A stretch of 64,000 nucleotides of DNA, from NCBI GenBank assembly GCA_038087875.1, contig JAXLNO010000110.1:434001-498000 (forward strand), written 5' to 3'. How positions within the stretch are numbered: position 1 is the stretch's first letter; each line of letters begins with the position of its first letter. Origin of the DNA: Malacoraja senta (lineage: Eukaryota). The position numbers and the translations under genes were made by a program. Below, piece by piece: positions 38,168 through 51,224 of this stretch. Under the pieces are notes generated by a model. That model ran no database searches. It was given only the letters and a program-made list of their open reading frames with translations, and was not told the DNA's origin.

Positions 38168-38436
38168 AGGGCCTGTCCCACTTACGCGATTTTTTCCGGC
38201 GACTTGCCGGCACCCGTCATAGTCGCAGTAGATAGCCGAAAATGTTCAACATGTTGAAAATCCAGCGGCGACCAGAAAAAGGTACGACTCTTTAGGCAAC
38301 TACTCACGACCATACAGGCATCACCCCGCGACATTTTTCTGGTCGCCGCTGGATTTTCAACATGTTGAACAGTTTTGCCGACTATGACGGGTGCCGGCAA
38401 GTCGCCGGAAAAAATCGCATAAGTGGGACAGGCCCT
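38168..38436. mobile_element. PIF/Harbinger-like palindromic MITE (orphan left arm at 37784-37829)
   Basis: TIR AGGGCCTGTCCCACTTA; long internal inverted repeat; TAA / TTA flanks. Confidence 0.75.
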
Positions 38437-39164
38437 TTAGATATTCCATCGATCTTAGTTTCATTTGCCTGCGTTTGACCCTAATCTTCTAAACCTTTCC
38501 TGTCCATGTACCTGTGGAAATGTCAGTTAAATGTTGTATTGCACCGGCCTCAACTACTTCCTCCGGCTATTCGTTCCATATACCCACCATCTCTGGTGCC
38601 CCTCAGGTTCCTATTAACTCTTTCCCCTCTCACCTATATCTTCTGGTTCTTGATTCCTCTACCCCGAGTGCACTCACCCCATCTATTCCACAAATGATTT
38701 TATACACCACACGATCACCCCTCAGCCTCCTGTGTTCCAAGGAATAAAGTTTGCTCAACACCCCCCCCTCCCCTATAGCTCAGGCCCTCAAGTCCTGGCA
38801 ACATCCTGAAAGGAGATGACGAGGAATTTATTTAGTCAGAGGATTGTGAATCTGTGGAATTCATTGCCACAGACGGCTGTGGAGGACAAGTCAATGGATA
38901 TTTTTAGGGCGGAGATTGACAGATTCTTGATTAGTACGAGTGTCAGGGGTTACGGGGAGAAGGCAGGAGAATGGGGTTGAGAGGGTGAAATAGATCAGCC
39001 ATGATTGAATGGCAGAGTAGACTTGATGGGCCGAATGGCCAAATTCTTCTCTTAGAACATACAAACTGTGAACAGCCTCGTAAATCTTCTCTGCACCTTT
39101 TTCAACTGAATGGCATATTTCCGAAAGCAAAGTGAGCAAAACGGAACACAATACTCCAGACACC

Positions 39165-39680
39165 ATGTTATAGGAAAGATATTGTCAAGCTTGAAAGGGT
39201 ACAGAGAAAATTATTTACGAGGATGTTGCCAGGACTAGAAGGTCTGAGCTATAGGGAGAGGTTGAGCAGGCTGGGTCTCTATTCCTTGGAGCGCAGGAGG
39301 ATGAAGGGTGATCTTATGGAGGTGTACAAAATCATGAGAGGAATAGATCAGGTAGACGACCAGTATCTCTTGCCCACAGCAGGGGAATCGAGGACCAGAG
39401 GACATAGCTTCAAGGTGAAGGGGAAAAGATTTAATAGGAATCTGAGGGGTAACTCTTTCACACAGAGTGTGGTGGGTGTATATGGAACAAGCTGCCAGAG
39501 GAGGTAGTTGAGGCTGGGACTATCGCAACGTTTAAGAAACAGTTGGACAGGTACATGGATAGGACAGGTTTGGAAGGATATGGACCAAGCGCAGGCAGAT
39601 GGGACTAGTGTATCTGGGACATGTTGGCTGGTGTGGGCAAGTTGGGCCCGTTTCCACACTGTATCTCTATGACTTTATGA
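39165..39680 (+). mobile_element. CR1 LINE 3' fragment (subfamily also at 62107-62453+)
   Basis: MLPGLEGLSYRERLSRLGLYSLERRRM.GDL.EVYKIM. Confidence 0.85.
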
Positions 39681-39718
39681 GATACGATGCTCCAAAGTAT
39701 TGAAACTTTCCTACTCAC

Positions 39719-39806
39719 TGCCCAGATGCACGCTGGCGTTTTCGTTGGCTGCATGAACAGCAGCCTGGAGCTCTTCCTTCTCCAGCGGGTCCACCATCCC
39801 CAGCTC
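39719..39806 (-). CDS. IQGAP3: IQGAP3-like exon D (88 nt): ELGMVDPLEKEELQAAVHAANENASVHLG
   Basis: Acceptor gccctcag, donor gtgagt; phase 0 to 1. Confidence 0.92.
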
Positions 39807-42730
39807 CTGAGGGCAGAACATAGAAAACCATCAGCATCCTGCAACAGGGAAGTGGGAGCTTGTGCAAGGCAAGGGTACCGACAGCACGGGAGACCTGTAC
39901 TGTAGGTGTACTTTAGAGACACAGCATGGAAACAGGCCAGAAGACATAGGTTAAAGGTCAAGAACCAGAGGACATAGGTTTAAGGAGAGGATGGAAAGAT
40001 TTAATAGGAACCTCCGAGGCAACTTAAAAAAATATATCAAGTCAAGTCACATTTATTAATATAGCACATTTAAAAAACAACTCTCGTTGGCCAAAGTGCT
40101 TTACATTTGTTATAAGAATAGCACAAACAAAACAAACTACATACATATATACATGTAGCCCTCACTCAGAGGACGTCAGGAAAGGCTTGTGAGTATAGAT
40201 AAGTCTTTAGTCTTGACTTAAAGGAGTCGCTGGAGGGGGCAGTTCTGATGGGAAAGGGGATGCTTATATTTATATAAGCTGTACAAAGGGTGGTAGATAT
40301 ATGGAATGAGCTGCCGGAGGAGGTAGTCGACACAGGCACTATCACAACAATTAAAAAACATTTGGACAGGTGCATGGATAGAGCAGGTTTAGGAGGATAT
40401 AGGCCAAACGCAGGCAGGCGGGACTTTAGTTTAGTTTAAAGATACAGCACGGAAACAGGTACTTCGGCCCACCGGGTCCGCGCCGACCAGCGATCCCCGC
40501 ACATTAACACTACCCCACACCCACTAGGGACAATTTTTCCATTTACCAAGCCAATTAACCTACAAACCTGTATGTCTTTGGAATGTGGGAGGAAACCAAA
40601 GATCACAGAAGAAAACCCATGCAGGTCACGGGGAGAACGTACAAACGCCATACAGACAGCACCCGTAATCGGAATCGAACCCGGGTCTCTGGCGCAGCAT
40701 TCGCTGTAAGGCAGCAACTCTACCGCTGCGCCACAGTGATTTGTGTAGATGGGTAGTTGGTCGGTGTGGGCGTTGGGCCGTGAGGCCAGTTTCCGTACTG
40801 TATGCCACTAGGCCCTGTGGCCCACTGAGTCCACACTAGTGTGTAGGGAGGAACTCCATGCAGATGCTGGTTTAAACCAAAGACGGGTGCAAAAAGCTGG
40901 AGTAACTGAAGAAGGGTCTCGACCCAAAACGTCACCTATTCCTTTTCTCCAGAGAAGCCGCCTGATCCACTGAGTTACTCCAGCTTTTTGTGTCTGTCTT
41001 CCATTCACACTAGTTCGATGTTATCGCCCTTATGGAAAGGCCGGTCACAAGAAGCCTGATCACAGAAGAGAAGCAGCTGCTCCTGAATCAGGTGGTGCTC
41101 GAGACCTACTGCCAGATGGGAGCCGGGAGCAGAGAGAAAGACCGGGATACGACAAAGCTTTGATTATGTTGGCTGCTATTCTGAGGCAGTGTAAAGTGTG
41201 AGTTGGAGTTGATAGTGGGGAATCTGGTCTGCAACTCTCTGCAAATTCTTGCAGTCTTTGGCAGAGCTGTTCCAAAACTAAGGAAGAATGCAACCCGACA
41301 GTACGCTTCCTATGACACATTAGCACAAGTTTGTGATGGGCCTGTCCCACTTAGGTGAATATCTGGGCAACTACAGGCGACTGCCGCAAAATTTTCAACA
41401 TGATCATTCAGCATCAATTAGTGTTTCCATCTAACACCCGACTCTGCCAAAATGTCCCCATGTCCCAAATATCTCTGAAAGCATTCGGGTGTCACGGAGG
41501 CGTAGAGTTACTGCTTTACAGCATCTGCAGCACCCGAGATCCGGGTTCGATCCCGACTACGGGTGCTGTCTGTACGGAGTTTTACGTTATCCCCGTGACC
41601 GCGTGGGCTTTCTCTGAAATCTTCGGTTTCCAACCACACTGCAGAAAGTTGTGACCACTGCCCAGTCCATCATCGGCTCTGATCTCCCCACCATCGAAGG
41701 GATTGATCGCAATCGCTGCCTCTAAAAGGCAGCCATCATCAAGGACCCAAACCATCCTAGCCACACACTCATCTCTTTGCTACCATCGGGCACAAGGTAC
41801 AGATACAGATCTATTACATCCAGGTTTAGGAACAGCCTCTTCCCCACAGCCATCAGGCGATTAAACTCGGCAACAAACAAACTCTGAACTGTAACAGCCT
41901 ATTGCACTTTACCTGCTTATTTATGTGTATATTGAACTGAACTTAAGAAGGAACTGCAGATGCTGGAAAATCGAAGGTAGACAAAGATGCTGGAGAAATT
42001 CAGCGGGTGCAGCAGCATCTATGGAGCGAAGGATATTATTGCCATAGAGGGAGTGCAGAGAAGGTTCACCAGACTGATTCCTGGGATGTCAGGACTGTCT
42101 TATGAAGAAAGACTGGACAGACTTGGTTTATACTCTCTAGAATTTAGGAGATTGTGAGGGGATCTTATAGAAACATACAAAATTCTTAAGGGGTTCGACA
42201 GGCTAGATGCAGGAAGATTGTTCCCGATGTTGGGGAAGTCCAGGACAAGGGGTCACAGCTTAAGGATAAGGGGGAAATCCTTTAAAACCGAGATGAGAAG
42301 AACTTTTTTCACACAGAGAGTGGTGAATCTCTGGAACTCTCTGCCACAGAGGGTAGTCGAGGCCAGTTCATTGGCTATATTTAAGAGGGAGTTAGATGTG
42401 GCCCTTGTGGCTAAAGGGATCAGAGGGTATGGAGAGAAGGCAGGTACGGGATACTGAGTTGGATGATCAGCCATGATCATATCTTCGCTCCATTGATGCT
42501 GCTGCACCCGCTGAGTTTCTCCAGCACCTTTGTCTACCTATTGAACTGAACTGTTCTGTATCTTTGCTTACAATATTTTGTTGTGCTGCAGCAAGCAAGA
42601 ATTTCATGGTCCTATCTGGGACACATGACAATAAACTCTCTTGTGTTGATACTCCAAACACGTACAGGTTTGTAGGTTGATTGGCTTGTTATAAGTGTAA
42701 ATTGTCCCCAGTGTGTGTAGGATAATGTTA

Positions 42731-42971
42731 AGGGCCTGTCCCACTTGGCGATTTTTTTTCGGTGACTGTCGGCGTCATTGACTGACGTATCAGGGTCGCC
42801 GAAAGATTTTGATCATTTAAAAATCCAGCGGCGACAAAAAAAAATGTTGCGACACTTGAGGAGACACCGCGACTTCAATTCGTCATCACACCGCGACTTT
42901 TTCGGTGACCTGATACGTCAGTCAATGATGCCGGCAGTCGCCGAAAAAAATCGCCAAGTGGGACAGGCTCT
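42731..42971. mobile_element. PIF/Harbinger-like MITE inserted in a V-SINE
   Basis: TIR AGGGCCTGTCCCACTTGGCGATTTTTT; perfect TTA TSD; removing it restores the SINE consensus ggataatgttagtgtgc. Confidence 0.8.
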
Positions 42972-45224
42972 TTAGTGTGCGGGGATCGCTGGTCGGCGCG
43001 GACTCAGTGAGCCGACCACTCGTGGAGTATTGTGTGCAGTTTTGTTCCCCTAATTTGAGGAAGGACCTTCTTGCTATTGAGGGAGTGCAGCGTAGGTTTA
43101 CAAGGTTAATTCCCGGGATGGCGGGACTGTCGTATACTGAGAGAATGGAGCGGCTGGGCTTGTACACTCTGGAGTTTAGAAGGATGATAGGGGATCTTAT
43201 TGAAACATATAAGTTTATTAAGGGTTTGGACACACTAGAGGCAGGAAACATGTTCCCGATGTTGGGGGAGTCCAGAACCAGGGGCCACAGTTCAAGAATA
43301 AGGAGTAAGCCATTTAGAACGGAGACGAGGAAACACTTTTTCACAAAGAGAGTTGTGAGTCTGTGGAATTCTCTGCCTCAGAGGGAGGTGGAGGCCGGTT
43401 CTCTGGTACTTTCAAGAGAGAGCTAGATAGGGCTCTTAAAGATAGCGGAATCAGGGGATATGGGGAGTAGGCAGGAATGGGGTACTGATTGTGGATGATC
43501 AGCCATGATCACATTGAATGGCGGTGCTGGCTCGAAGGGCCGAATGGCCTACTCCTGCACCGATTGTCTATTGAGCCGAAGGCCCTGTTCCATGCTGTAT
43601 CTCCAAACTAAACTTTACACTTTCCCCCGACAGGATGTACTTCCCGCGGGACATGTCAGAAAATCTCATGCACTATAAATGTAAATGCTGCCTTTGATCG
43701 TGCTCTCCAATTAGTCCCACTCGTCTGCTCTTTCCCCACAGCACTAAAAACATTACTACTTCATATATTAATCTAACTCCCTGTAGAAAATTCCCACTGA
43801 ATCTTTACCCCCGACAGCACATCCCAGGACGCAGCACGCCGCAGAAAATTACTCTCTATCTCTGTCTCGGCCGCTGGTTGTATCTGTGCCTGATCACCAT
43901 CTCCCCTGCCGGTGGAAAAATTCTCCGCCCTCTCATCACTACTTTTCAACATCTCCATCAAACCTTATAGCTGGGGGGTTTAAAACTCAACATAGAACAG
44001 TACATAGGCACGGTGGCGCGGCGTTAGAGTTGCTACCCCACAGCGACAGAGACCCACGTTCGATCCTGACTACGGGTGCCGTCTGTATGCTCACTGTGTG
44101 ACCTGCGTGGGGTTTTCTCCGGGTGCTCCGGTTTCCTCCCACACTCCAAAGCCGTACAGGTTTGTAGGTTAATTGGCTTGTTAGAGATTGAAAATTGTCC
44201 CTAGTGTGTGGAGGATGGTGTCAGTGTGCAGGGATCGCTGGTTGGCGCCGACTTGGTGGGCCGAAGGGCCTGTTTCCGTGCTGTATCTCCAAACTAAACC
44301 AAGAGCGTAGAAACAAGGAACTGCAGATGCTGGTTTACATTTTAAAAAGACACAAAGTGCTGGAGTAATCCAGCGGGTCAGGCAGCATTCCTGGAGGACA
44401 CGGTTAGGTGAAGTCTTGGGTGGAGTACCACCCTGGCCATGCTCTCATTTCACTTGTGCCATTAGTAATGTGGTACAGGAGCCGGCAAACTGTAACGGCC
44501 AGGTTCAGGAGTGCTTTCTTCCCTTTAACCATCATGCTATTAAAGACTACAACCCCAACTAAGCTCTGAACTACATAGACTTGGGAACATTGATTTGGCT
44601 TTGCACTATTATTGTTAGTGTTTTTATATACTGAACGGTGGCGCAGCGGTAGAGTTACAGCGAATGCAGTGCCGGAGAACCGGGATCCATCCCGATTGCA
44701 GGTGCTGTCTGTGTGGAGTTTGCACGTTCTCCTCGTGACCCGAGTGGGTTTTCTCCGAGATCTTCAGTTTCCACACTCCAAAGACGTACAGGTTTTAAGG
44801 TTAATTGGTTTGGTAAATGTAAAAATTGTCCCTAGTGGGTATAGGATAGTGCTGATGTGGAGGGATCGCTGGTCGGCCCGGACCCGGTGGGCCGAAAGGG
44901 CCTGTTTCCGCGCCGTATCTCTAACTAAACTTCTTTTTTGCTGTTTATTATGTTATTTATAGAGTACAGCTCCACCACCAGCTGCCTCACCGCCATTTGT
45001 CAGGGAGACGTTCGGAAGGGGATTTTGTTGGCATTAAAGGGTACTCGCTGGAGTTTAGAAGGACGAGGGGGTAGGACCTCGTTGAAATTTAACAAATAGA
45101 GAAAGGTATGAATAGGGTGGATTTGTAGAAGGTGTTTCCACCAGTGAGTCTAGGACCAGAGGCCACAGCCTCACAATTAAAGGACATTACTTTCGGAAGG
45201 AGATGAGGAGGAATTTCTTCATAG

Positions 45225-46001
45225 AGAGACACAAAATGCTGGACAGGCAGCATCTCTGGAGAGAAGGAATGGGCAACGTTTCGGGTCGAGACCCTTCTTC
45301 AGACTGATGTCAGGGGAGGGGGCGGCACAGAGATAGAATGTAGTTGGAGACGGTAAGACTAGTGGGAGAACTGGGAAGGGGAGGGGATGGAGAGAGAAAG
45401 CAAGGGCTATCTGAAGTTAGAGATGTCAATGTTCATACCGCTGGGGTGCAAAATATGAGGTGCCGCTCCTCCAATTTGCGCTGGGCCTTACTCTGACAAT
45501 GGAGGAAGCCCAGGACAGAAAGGTCAGATTGGGAATGGGAAGGGAGAGTTTGAGCTGAGCTACCGGGAGGTCAGGAAGGTTAAGACGGACTGAGCGGAGG
45601 TGTTCAGTGAAACAATCGCCTAGCCTGCACTTGGTCTCGCCGATGTAGAGAAGTTGACACCTGGAATAGCGGATACAGTACATGAGGTTGGAGGAGGTGC
45701 AAGTGAAAAGACCGTTTGGGTCCTTGGATGGAGTCGAGGCGGGAGGTAAAGGGACAGGTGTTGCATCTCATGCGGTTGCAGGAGAAAGTACCTGGGGAGG
45801 GGGTGGGAAGGGACGAGTTGACCAGGCAGTTTTGGAGGGAACGGTCTCTGTGGAAAATAGAAAGGGGGAGGGGTGGAAATGGGACAATGTGGCCAGTAGT
45901 GGGATCCCGTTGGAGGTGGCGACAATGTTGGAGGATTCCCCCCATTCGTAACAAGGACAGAGTCCCCCTTGTCCTCACCTTCCACCCCATCAGCCGTCGC
46001 A
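45225..46001 (-). mobile_element. Penelope-like element (linker, GIY-YIG, terminal repeat) with a 5' inverted segment
   Basis: ILQHCRHLQRDPTTGH...CNRMRCNTCP...YCIRYSRCQLLYIGETK on minus; RNKDRVPLVLTFHPISRR on plus at ~45937-46001. Confidence 0.82.
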
Positions 46002-46477
46002 AGACCACGACTTAACCCAGACCCGTAGTCACAGGGAGAATGTACAAACTCCATACAGACAGCACCCGTAGTCAGGATGGAACCCGTGTTTCTGGCGCTG
46101 TGAGGCAGCAACTCCACCGCTGCGCCACCGTACACAGCATCAGCATAGGCTGGCATAACTGGTAAATAAAGTTAAACTTTTTTGAAGTTGAGGCAGAGGT
46201 TGGGGTTATTTTTCTCTCCATCTACCCCATTTAAAAAAAAGTAGAGACTGCAAGAGGCAGAATGAAAATAAACATTTCAATCGTGCCAAATTAAGAGTTT
46301 GGCAGGGGTGAAGGAAAGAGTGTTCACGTAGCGGCCCGGTCGGTCTCCACCAATCTTTCCACCACCAAGCACAAGAAGCGACAAGACAGACACCATTGTG
46401 TCGAGCAGATGCTGAGAAGTGTGTTCAGCTCTGGCTGCACAACTTCTAATCTTGCGTGTGGACTCGATAAGAAGAAG

Positions 46478-47402
46478 AAGAGTTTGGCAGTGTGTAAAAA
46501 AACAGTATCTGATGAATACACATAATTGTTCCATTAATGCAAGGCATAATTTAATTCAATTTAAATTATTACATAGACTATATTATTCAAAAACGAGGTT
46601 GAATAAATTTTACCCAAATGTCTCTCCCAGATGCGATAAATGTTTGTTTCAAAATGCCAATATAACACATTCATTTGTAGGATGTACAAAGTTGAATACA
46701 TTTTGGAGCGATATATTTGATATATTTACAAAGCTCTTCAAGTCAAGAATAGAACCTAATATGGAATGGATTATATTTGGAATAATATTAGAAGATATCA
46801 ATTTAAACAAAGACCAAAAAGTATTCTTTAATTCTGGGTTAATAATTGGAAAGAAATTGATACTTAAATTTTGGAAAAATACAGCTATACCAACTATTAA
46901 AATGTGGATTAGGAATATGACGGACATAGCACACCTTGAAGAAATGAGACTCCGCCTAATAGATAAATATGACCAATTCTTAAGGAGTTGGTCACCTTTC
47001 ATCGACTTTTTGGAATCATGTGACGCAGCAGTACCGTAAAGATTACTGATTTCAGGTCAGGTCGTGGATAGACTTACATCTCCAAACAAAGATTTGAAAA
47101 TTTCTTTTTTAAGGGTCTTTTTCTACTATTTCTACTTTCTATTTTTTCTTTTCTTATATACACACTTCACGTTTTTCTATTTTCTACTATTTATTTTTCC
47201 TCTTTCTTTTCTCTATTTTTTTTTCTTTATTTTTTTTTATTTTTTAACTCCTTTTCAAAAACATAAAACTAGAGGTTGTACATAGAATGCATTACGTCAT
47301 GACATAGTTGTCACCTAAAATTAGGTGCCACTGTATTGTTTTGTATTGTATTAACTTCTAATAAAATAAACAAAAAAAAACAAAAAACAAAAACAAAAAA
47401 AA
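46478..47402 (+). mobile_element. L1-like LINE ORF2 C-terminus with 3' UTR and A-rich tail
   Basis: LIQFKLLHRLYY...RCDKC...ITHSFVGC CCHC knuckle; aataaa and (A)n tail. Confidence 0.82.
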
Positions 47403-48356
47403 CCAGTGAAGCTGAGTAGCAGACTGTCATTCTGCAAATGACAAAAAAAAACTAAGAAACTGCAGATGCTGCAATCCGTAGAAAACAAACAAACCACTGG
47501 CGGAACACAGCGGGTCAGGCGGTGATCTGTTGAAGGCCAATATGCCAAAAGCCTTTTTAACCACCCCATCTACCTGTGATATCCTATTGCGACGTCACGG
47601 GCAAAATCCGGCGCCCGGGCCAAGACTCCTCAGCCGGCCCTCCGGTGTGCAGTCCAGCACCCGGGCCAACTCATCATTCACCCAGCCACAGCCGAGTCGG
47701 TCAACCAATTGCCCCGGACTTGGTTGACGTCCTGTCGCTTTCCGTCCATCAGCTGCACGCCCGGTTGGTCGAAGAGATCAAAATTCGGAAGGACGGTTTC
47801 TACTGAATGTGTGTCGTTTTTGCACCATCGTAGAGTCGAAGCATCGTAAAGTGGAAGCATCTGTAGTCATGCTAATAATTGGAATTGTTGTGGACAGTTG
47901 GGTACATGATGGTCAACAAAGAGCTTTTGGTTTTGAATACCCGTTACCACGGGCGATGACCCATCTCACTATCCAGACTTCCATCCATAATATTTGCTCT
48001 CCTCACATTAAAAAAAACAAAGATTTAAAAATATTTGCCCTTACAAATGCCCAGACAATTAAGGGCAGCAGTAAAGTTGCTGCCTCACAGCGCCAGAGAC
48101 CCAGGTTTGATTACGACTACGGGTGCTGTCTGTATGGAGTTTGTACGTTCTCCCCGTGGGTTTTCTCCAGGGGGGGGGGGCTCCAGTTTCCTCCCACACT
48201 CCAAAGATGTGCAGGTTTGTAGATTAATTGACCAGCATTAAAAAAAAATTGTCACTTGTTCCCAGTGTGTAGGGTTGTGCTAGTGATCGCTGGTCGGCAC
48301 AGTCGTTGGGCCGAAGGGCCTGTTTCCACCCTGTTTCACTAATGTACAGTCTAAAG

Positions 48357-48555
48357 CAGTGGTTCTTAACCTTTTTGGTATACGTATGCTTGCACGCGAA
48401 CAAAATACTGTATGTGGTATGTACCTTTGTTAGGTTCTTAAATATGGGCTCAACAAATGGATATGTTATTTTTAACCGCTTCATGACCCCCGGTGAAGCC
48501 CCAAACGACCCCCACCCCCCATGGGGATCCCGACCCCCCCGGTTAAGCACCACTG
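48357..48555. mobile_element. hAT (Charlie-like) MITE
   Basis: TIR CAGTGGTTCTTAACC / GGTTAAGCACCACTG; perfect 8-bp TSD gtctaaag. Confidence 0.85.
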
Positions 48556-49310
48556 GTCTAAAGTAAAATAGATGGTCCAGATAAAAAGAAACCTTTCCAT
48601 TGGCAGGGGGGTTAATAATTAGATCCTGCCCCAACATTAGTGTGCAGGGATCACTGGTCGGCACTGACTCGGTGGGCCAAAGGCCCTATTTCCACGCTGT
48701 ATCTCTACACTGAACTATATGCCAAAGAGCCAGCAACACAAACGTCATGGCTGCGAGAGTGGGACACATATCCCGTGGCGAATGAATCACTGCCTGTTGC
48801 TCCAAAGCCTGTACGAATCTTCACAGAACCACAAGACACGAGTATCAAAGAATACTCTCTATTAGCCTGGGAAACTGAACCAGGGAATCTTCGTGCTTGC
48901 GGGGAATTTTACGTAGGGTGGGAAAAAGAGGAAGGACGATGCTGTCAGCAGACTGATATATTGCTTCCCTTGAGGGGAAATTATTTGCACAAATTAAGAG
49001 AAAACACAAGTGGCCTTTGTGTGTCAAGCCTGGCCGTACTCAAGGCTGGCACTGAAGGAATTCCGTTACCCCATTAACAGAAAAATAAGAAAGACAAAAT
49101 AAGAACGGGCGGCGCAGACGCGCAGCGGTGGAGTTGCTGCCTCACCGCGCCAGAGACCCGGGTTCCATCCTGACTACCGATGCTGTCTGTATGGAGTTTG
49201 TACCTTCTCCCCGTGACAGCGTGGGTTTTCACCGGGTGCTCCGGTTTCCTCCCACACTCCAAAGAGCTAGAGGTTTGTAGGTTAATCGGCTTTGGTAAAA
49301 CTAGTAAATT

Positions 49311-50844
49311 GTCCCCAGTGTGTAGTGTCGTGTGTGTGTCCCCAGTGTGTAGTGTAGTGCTACTGTGTGTGTCCCCAGTGTGTAGTGTAGTGCTACTGTG
49401 TGTGTCCCCAGTGTGTAGTGTAGTGTGTGTGCGTCCCCAGTGTGTAGTGTCGTGTGTGTGTCCCCAGTGTATAGTGTAGTGCTACTGTGTGTGTCCCCAG
49501 TGTGTAGTGTAGTGTATGTGTCCCCAGTGTGTAGTGTAGTGCTACTGTATGTGTCCCCAGTGTGTAGTGTAGTGTACTGTGTGTGTCCCCAGTGTGTAGT
49601 GTACTGTGTGTGTCCCCAGTGTGTAGTGTAGTGTTGTGCTACTGTGTGTGTCCCCAGTGTGTAGTGCAGTGTAGTGCTACTGTGTGTCTCCCCAGTGTGT
49701 AGTGCAGTGTAGTGCTACTGTGTGTGTCCCCAGTGTGTAGTGTAGTGTGTGTGTCCCCAGTGTGTAGTGTAGTGTAGTGTGTCCCCAGGGTAGTGTAGTG
49801 TGTGTGTCCCCAGGGTAGTGTAGTGTGTGTGTCCCCAGTGTGTAGTGTTGTGCTACTGTGTGTGTCCCCAGTGTGTAGTGTAGTGTACTGTGTGTGTGTC
49901 CCCAGTGTGTAGTGTAGTGTGTGTGTCCCCAGTGTGTAGTGTAGTGTGTGTGTCCCCAGTGTGTAGTGTAGTGTAGTGTGTGTACTGTGTGTGTCCCCAG
50001 TGTGTAGTGTAGTGTTGTGCTACTGTGTGTGTCCCCAGTGTGTAGTGCAGTGTAGTGCTACTGTGTGTCTCCCCAGTGTGTAGTGCAGTGTAGTGCTACT
50101 GTGTGTGTCCCCAGTGTGTAGTGTAGTGTGTGTGTCCCCAGTGTGTAGTGTAGTGTAGTGTGTCCCCAGGGTAGTGTAGTGTGTGTGTCCCCAGGGTAGT
50201 GTAGTGTGTGTGTCCCCAGTGTGTAGTGTTGTGCTACTGTGTGTGTCCCCAGTGTGTAGTGTAGTGTACTGTGTGTGTGTCCCCAGTGTGTAGTGTAGTG
50301 TGTGTGTCCCCAGTGTGTAGTGTAGTGTGTGTGTCCCCAGTGTGTAGTGTAGTGTAGTGTGTGTGTGTGTGTCCCCAGTGTGTAGTGTAGTGTGTGTGTC
50401 CGCAGTGTGTAGTGTAGTGTGTGTGTCCCCAGGGTAGTGTAGTGTGTGTGTCCCCAGTGTGTAGTGTTGTGCTACTGTGTGTGTCCCCAGTGTGTAGTGT
50501 AGTGTACTGTGTGTGTGTCCCCAGTGTGTAGTGTAGTGTGTGTGTCCCCAGTGTGTAGTGTAGTGTGTGTGTCCCCAGTGTGTAGTGTAGTGTAGTGTGT
50601 GTGTGTGTGTGTCCCCAGTGTGTAGTGTAGTGTGTGTGTCCGCAGTGTGTAGTGTAGTGTGTGTGTCCCCAGTGTGTAGTGTAGTGTACTGTGTGTGTGT
50701 CCCCAGTGTGTAGTGTAGTGTGTGTGTCCCCAGTGTAGTGTAGTGTGTGTGTCCCCAGTGTGTAGTGTAGTGTGTGTCCCCAGTGTGTAGTGTTGTGCTA
50801 CTGTGTGTGTCCCCAGTGTGTAGTGTACTGTGTGTGTCCCCAGT
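49311..50844. repeat. ~1.5 kb minisatellite (gtccccagtgtgtagtgtagtgtgtgt variants) inside a V-SINE spanning 49107-50885
   Basis: Dozens of ~23-40 bp variant units; the SINE head precedes the array and the SINE tail resumes after it. Confidence 0.95.
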
Positions 50845-51224
50845 GGGCCAAAGGGCCTGGTTCCGCGCTTTATCTTCAAACTAAAGTGGGAGGGGGCACC
50901 TTCAGGGGGGGGCAACATTGGGGGGGAACTTTCGGGGGGGGAGGGCAACCTTTGGGGAGGGGCAACTTTGGGGGGGGACGGCAACCTTCGGGGGGAAGGG
51001 CAACCCTCGGGAGGTGGCAAACTTCGGGGGGGGGGGGAGGGTTACTGATTTCTCTAACTTTAAGGAACCCTTGCATCCCCCCTCTCTCCTTCCCTCCCCC
51101 ACTCAAGTCACACTAGCTTCAAAATTGTCTTGAGTCTCATTGTCTGCAACTCGTTTTCACCTAGTCCACAGCTAACAACGTCCTGTTTCCTTTATCATCG
51201 TTCGTTTTTGGCATAACTATCTAA

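Noticed and set aside
49311..50844. CRISPR-like array
   Set aside because: No unique spacers and no cas genes; a simple minisatellite in vertebrate DNA.
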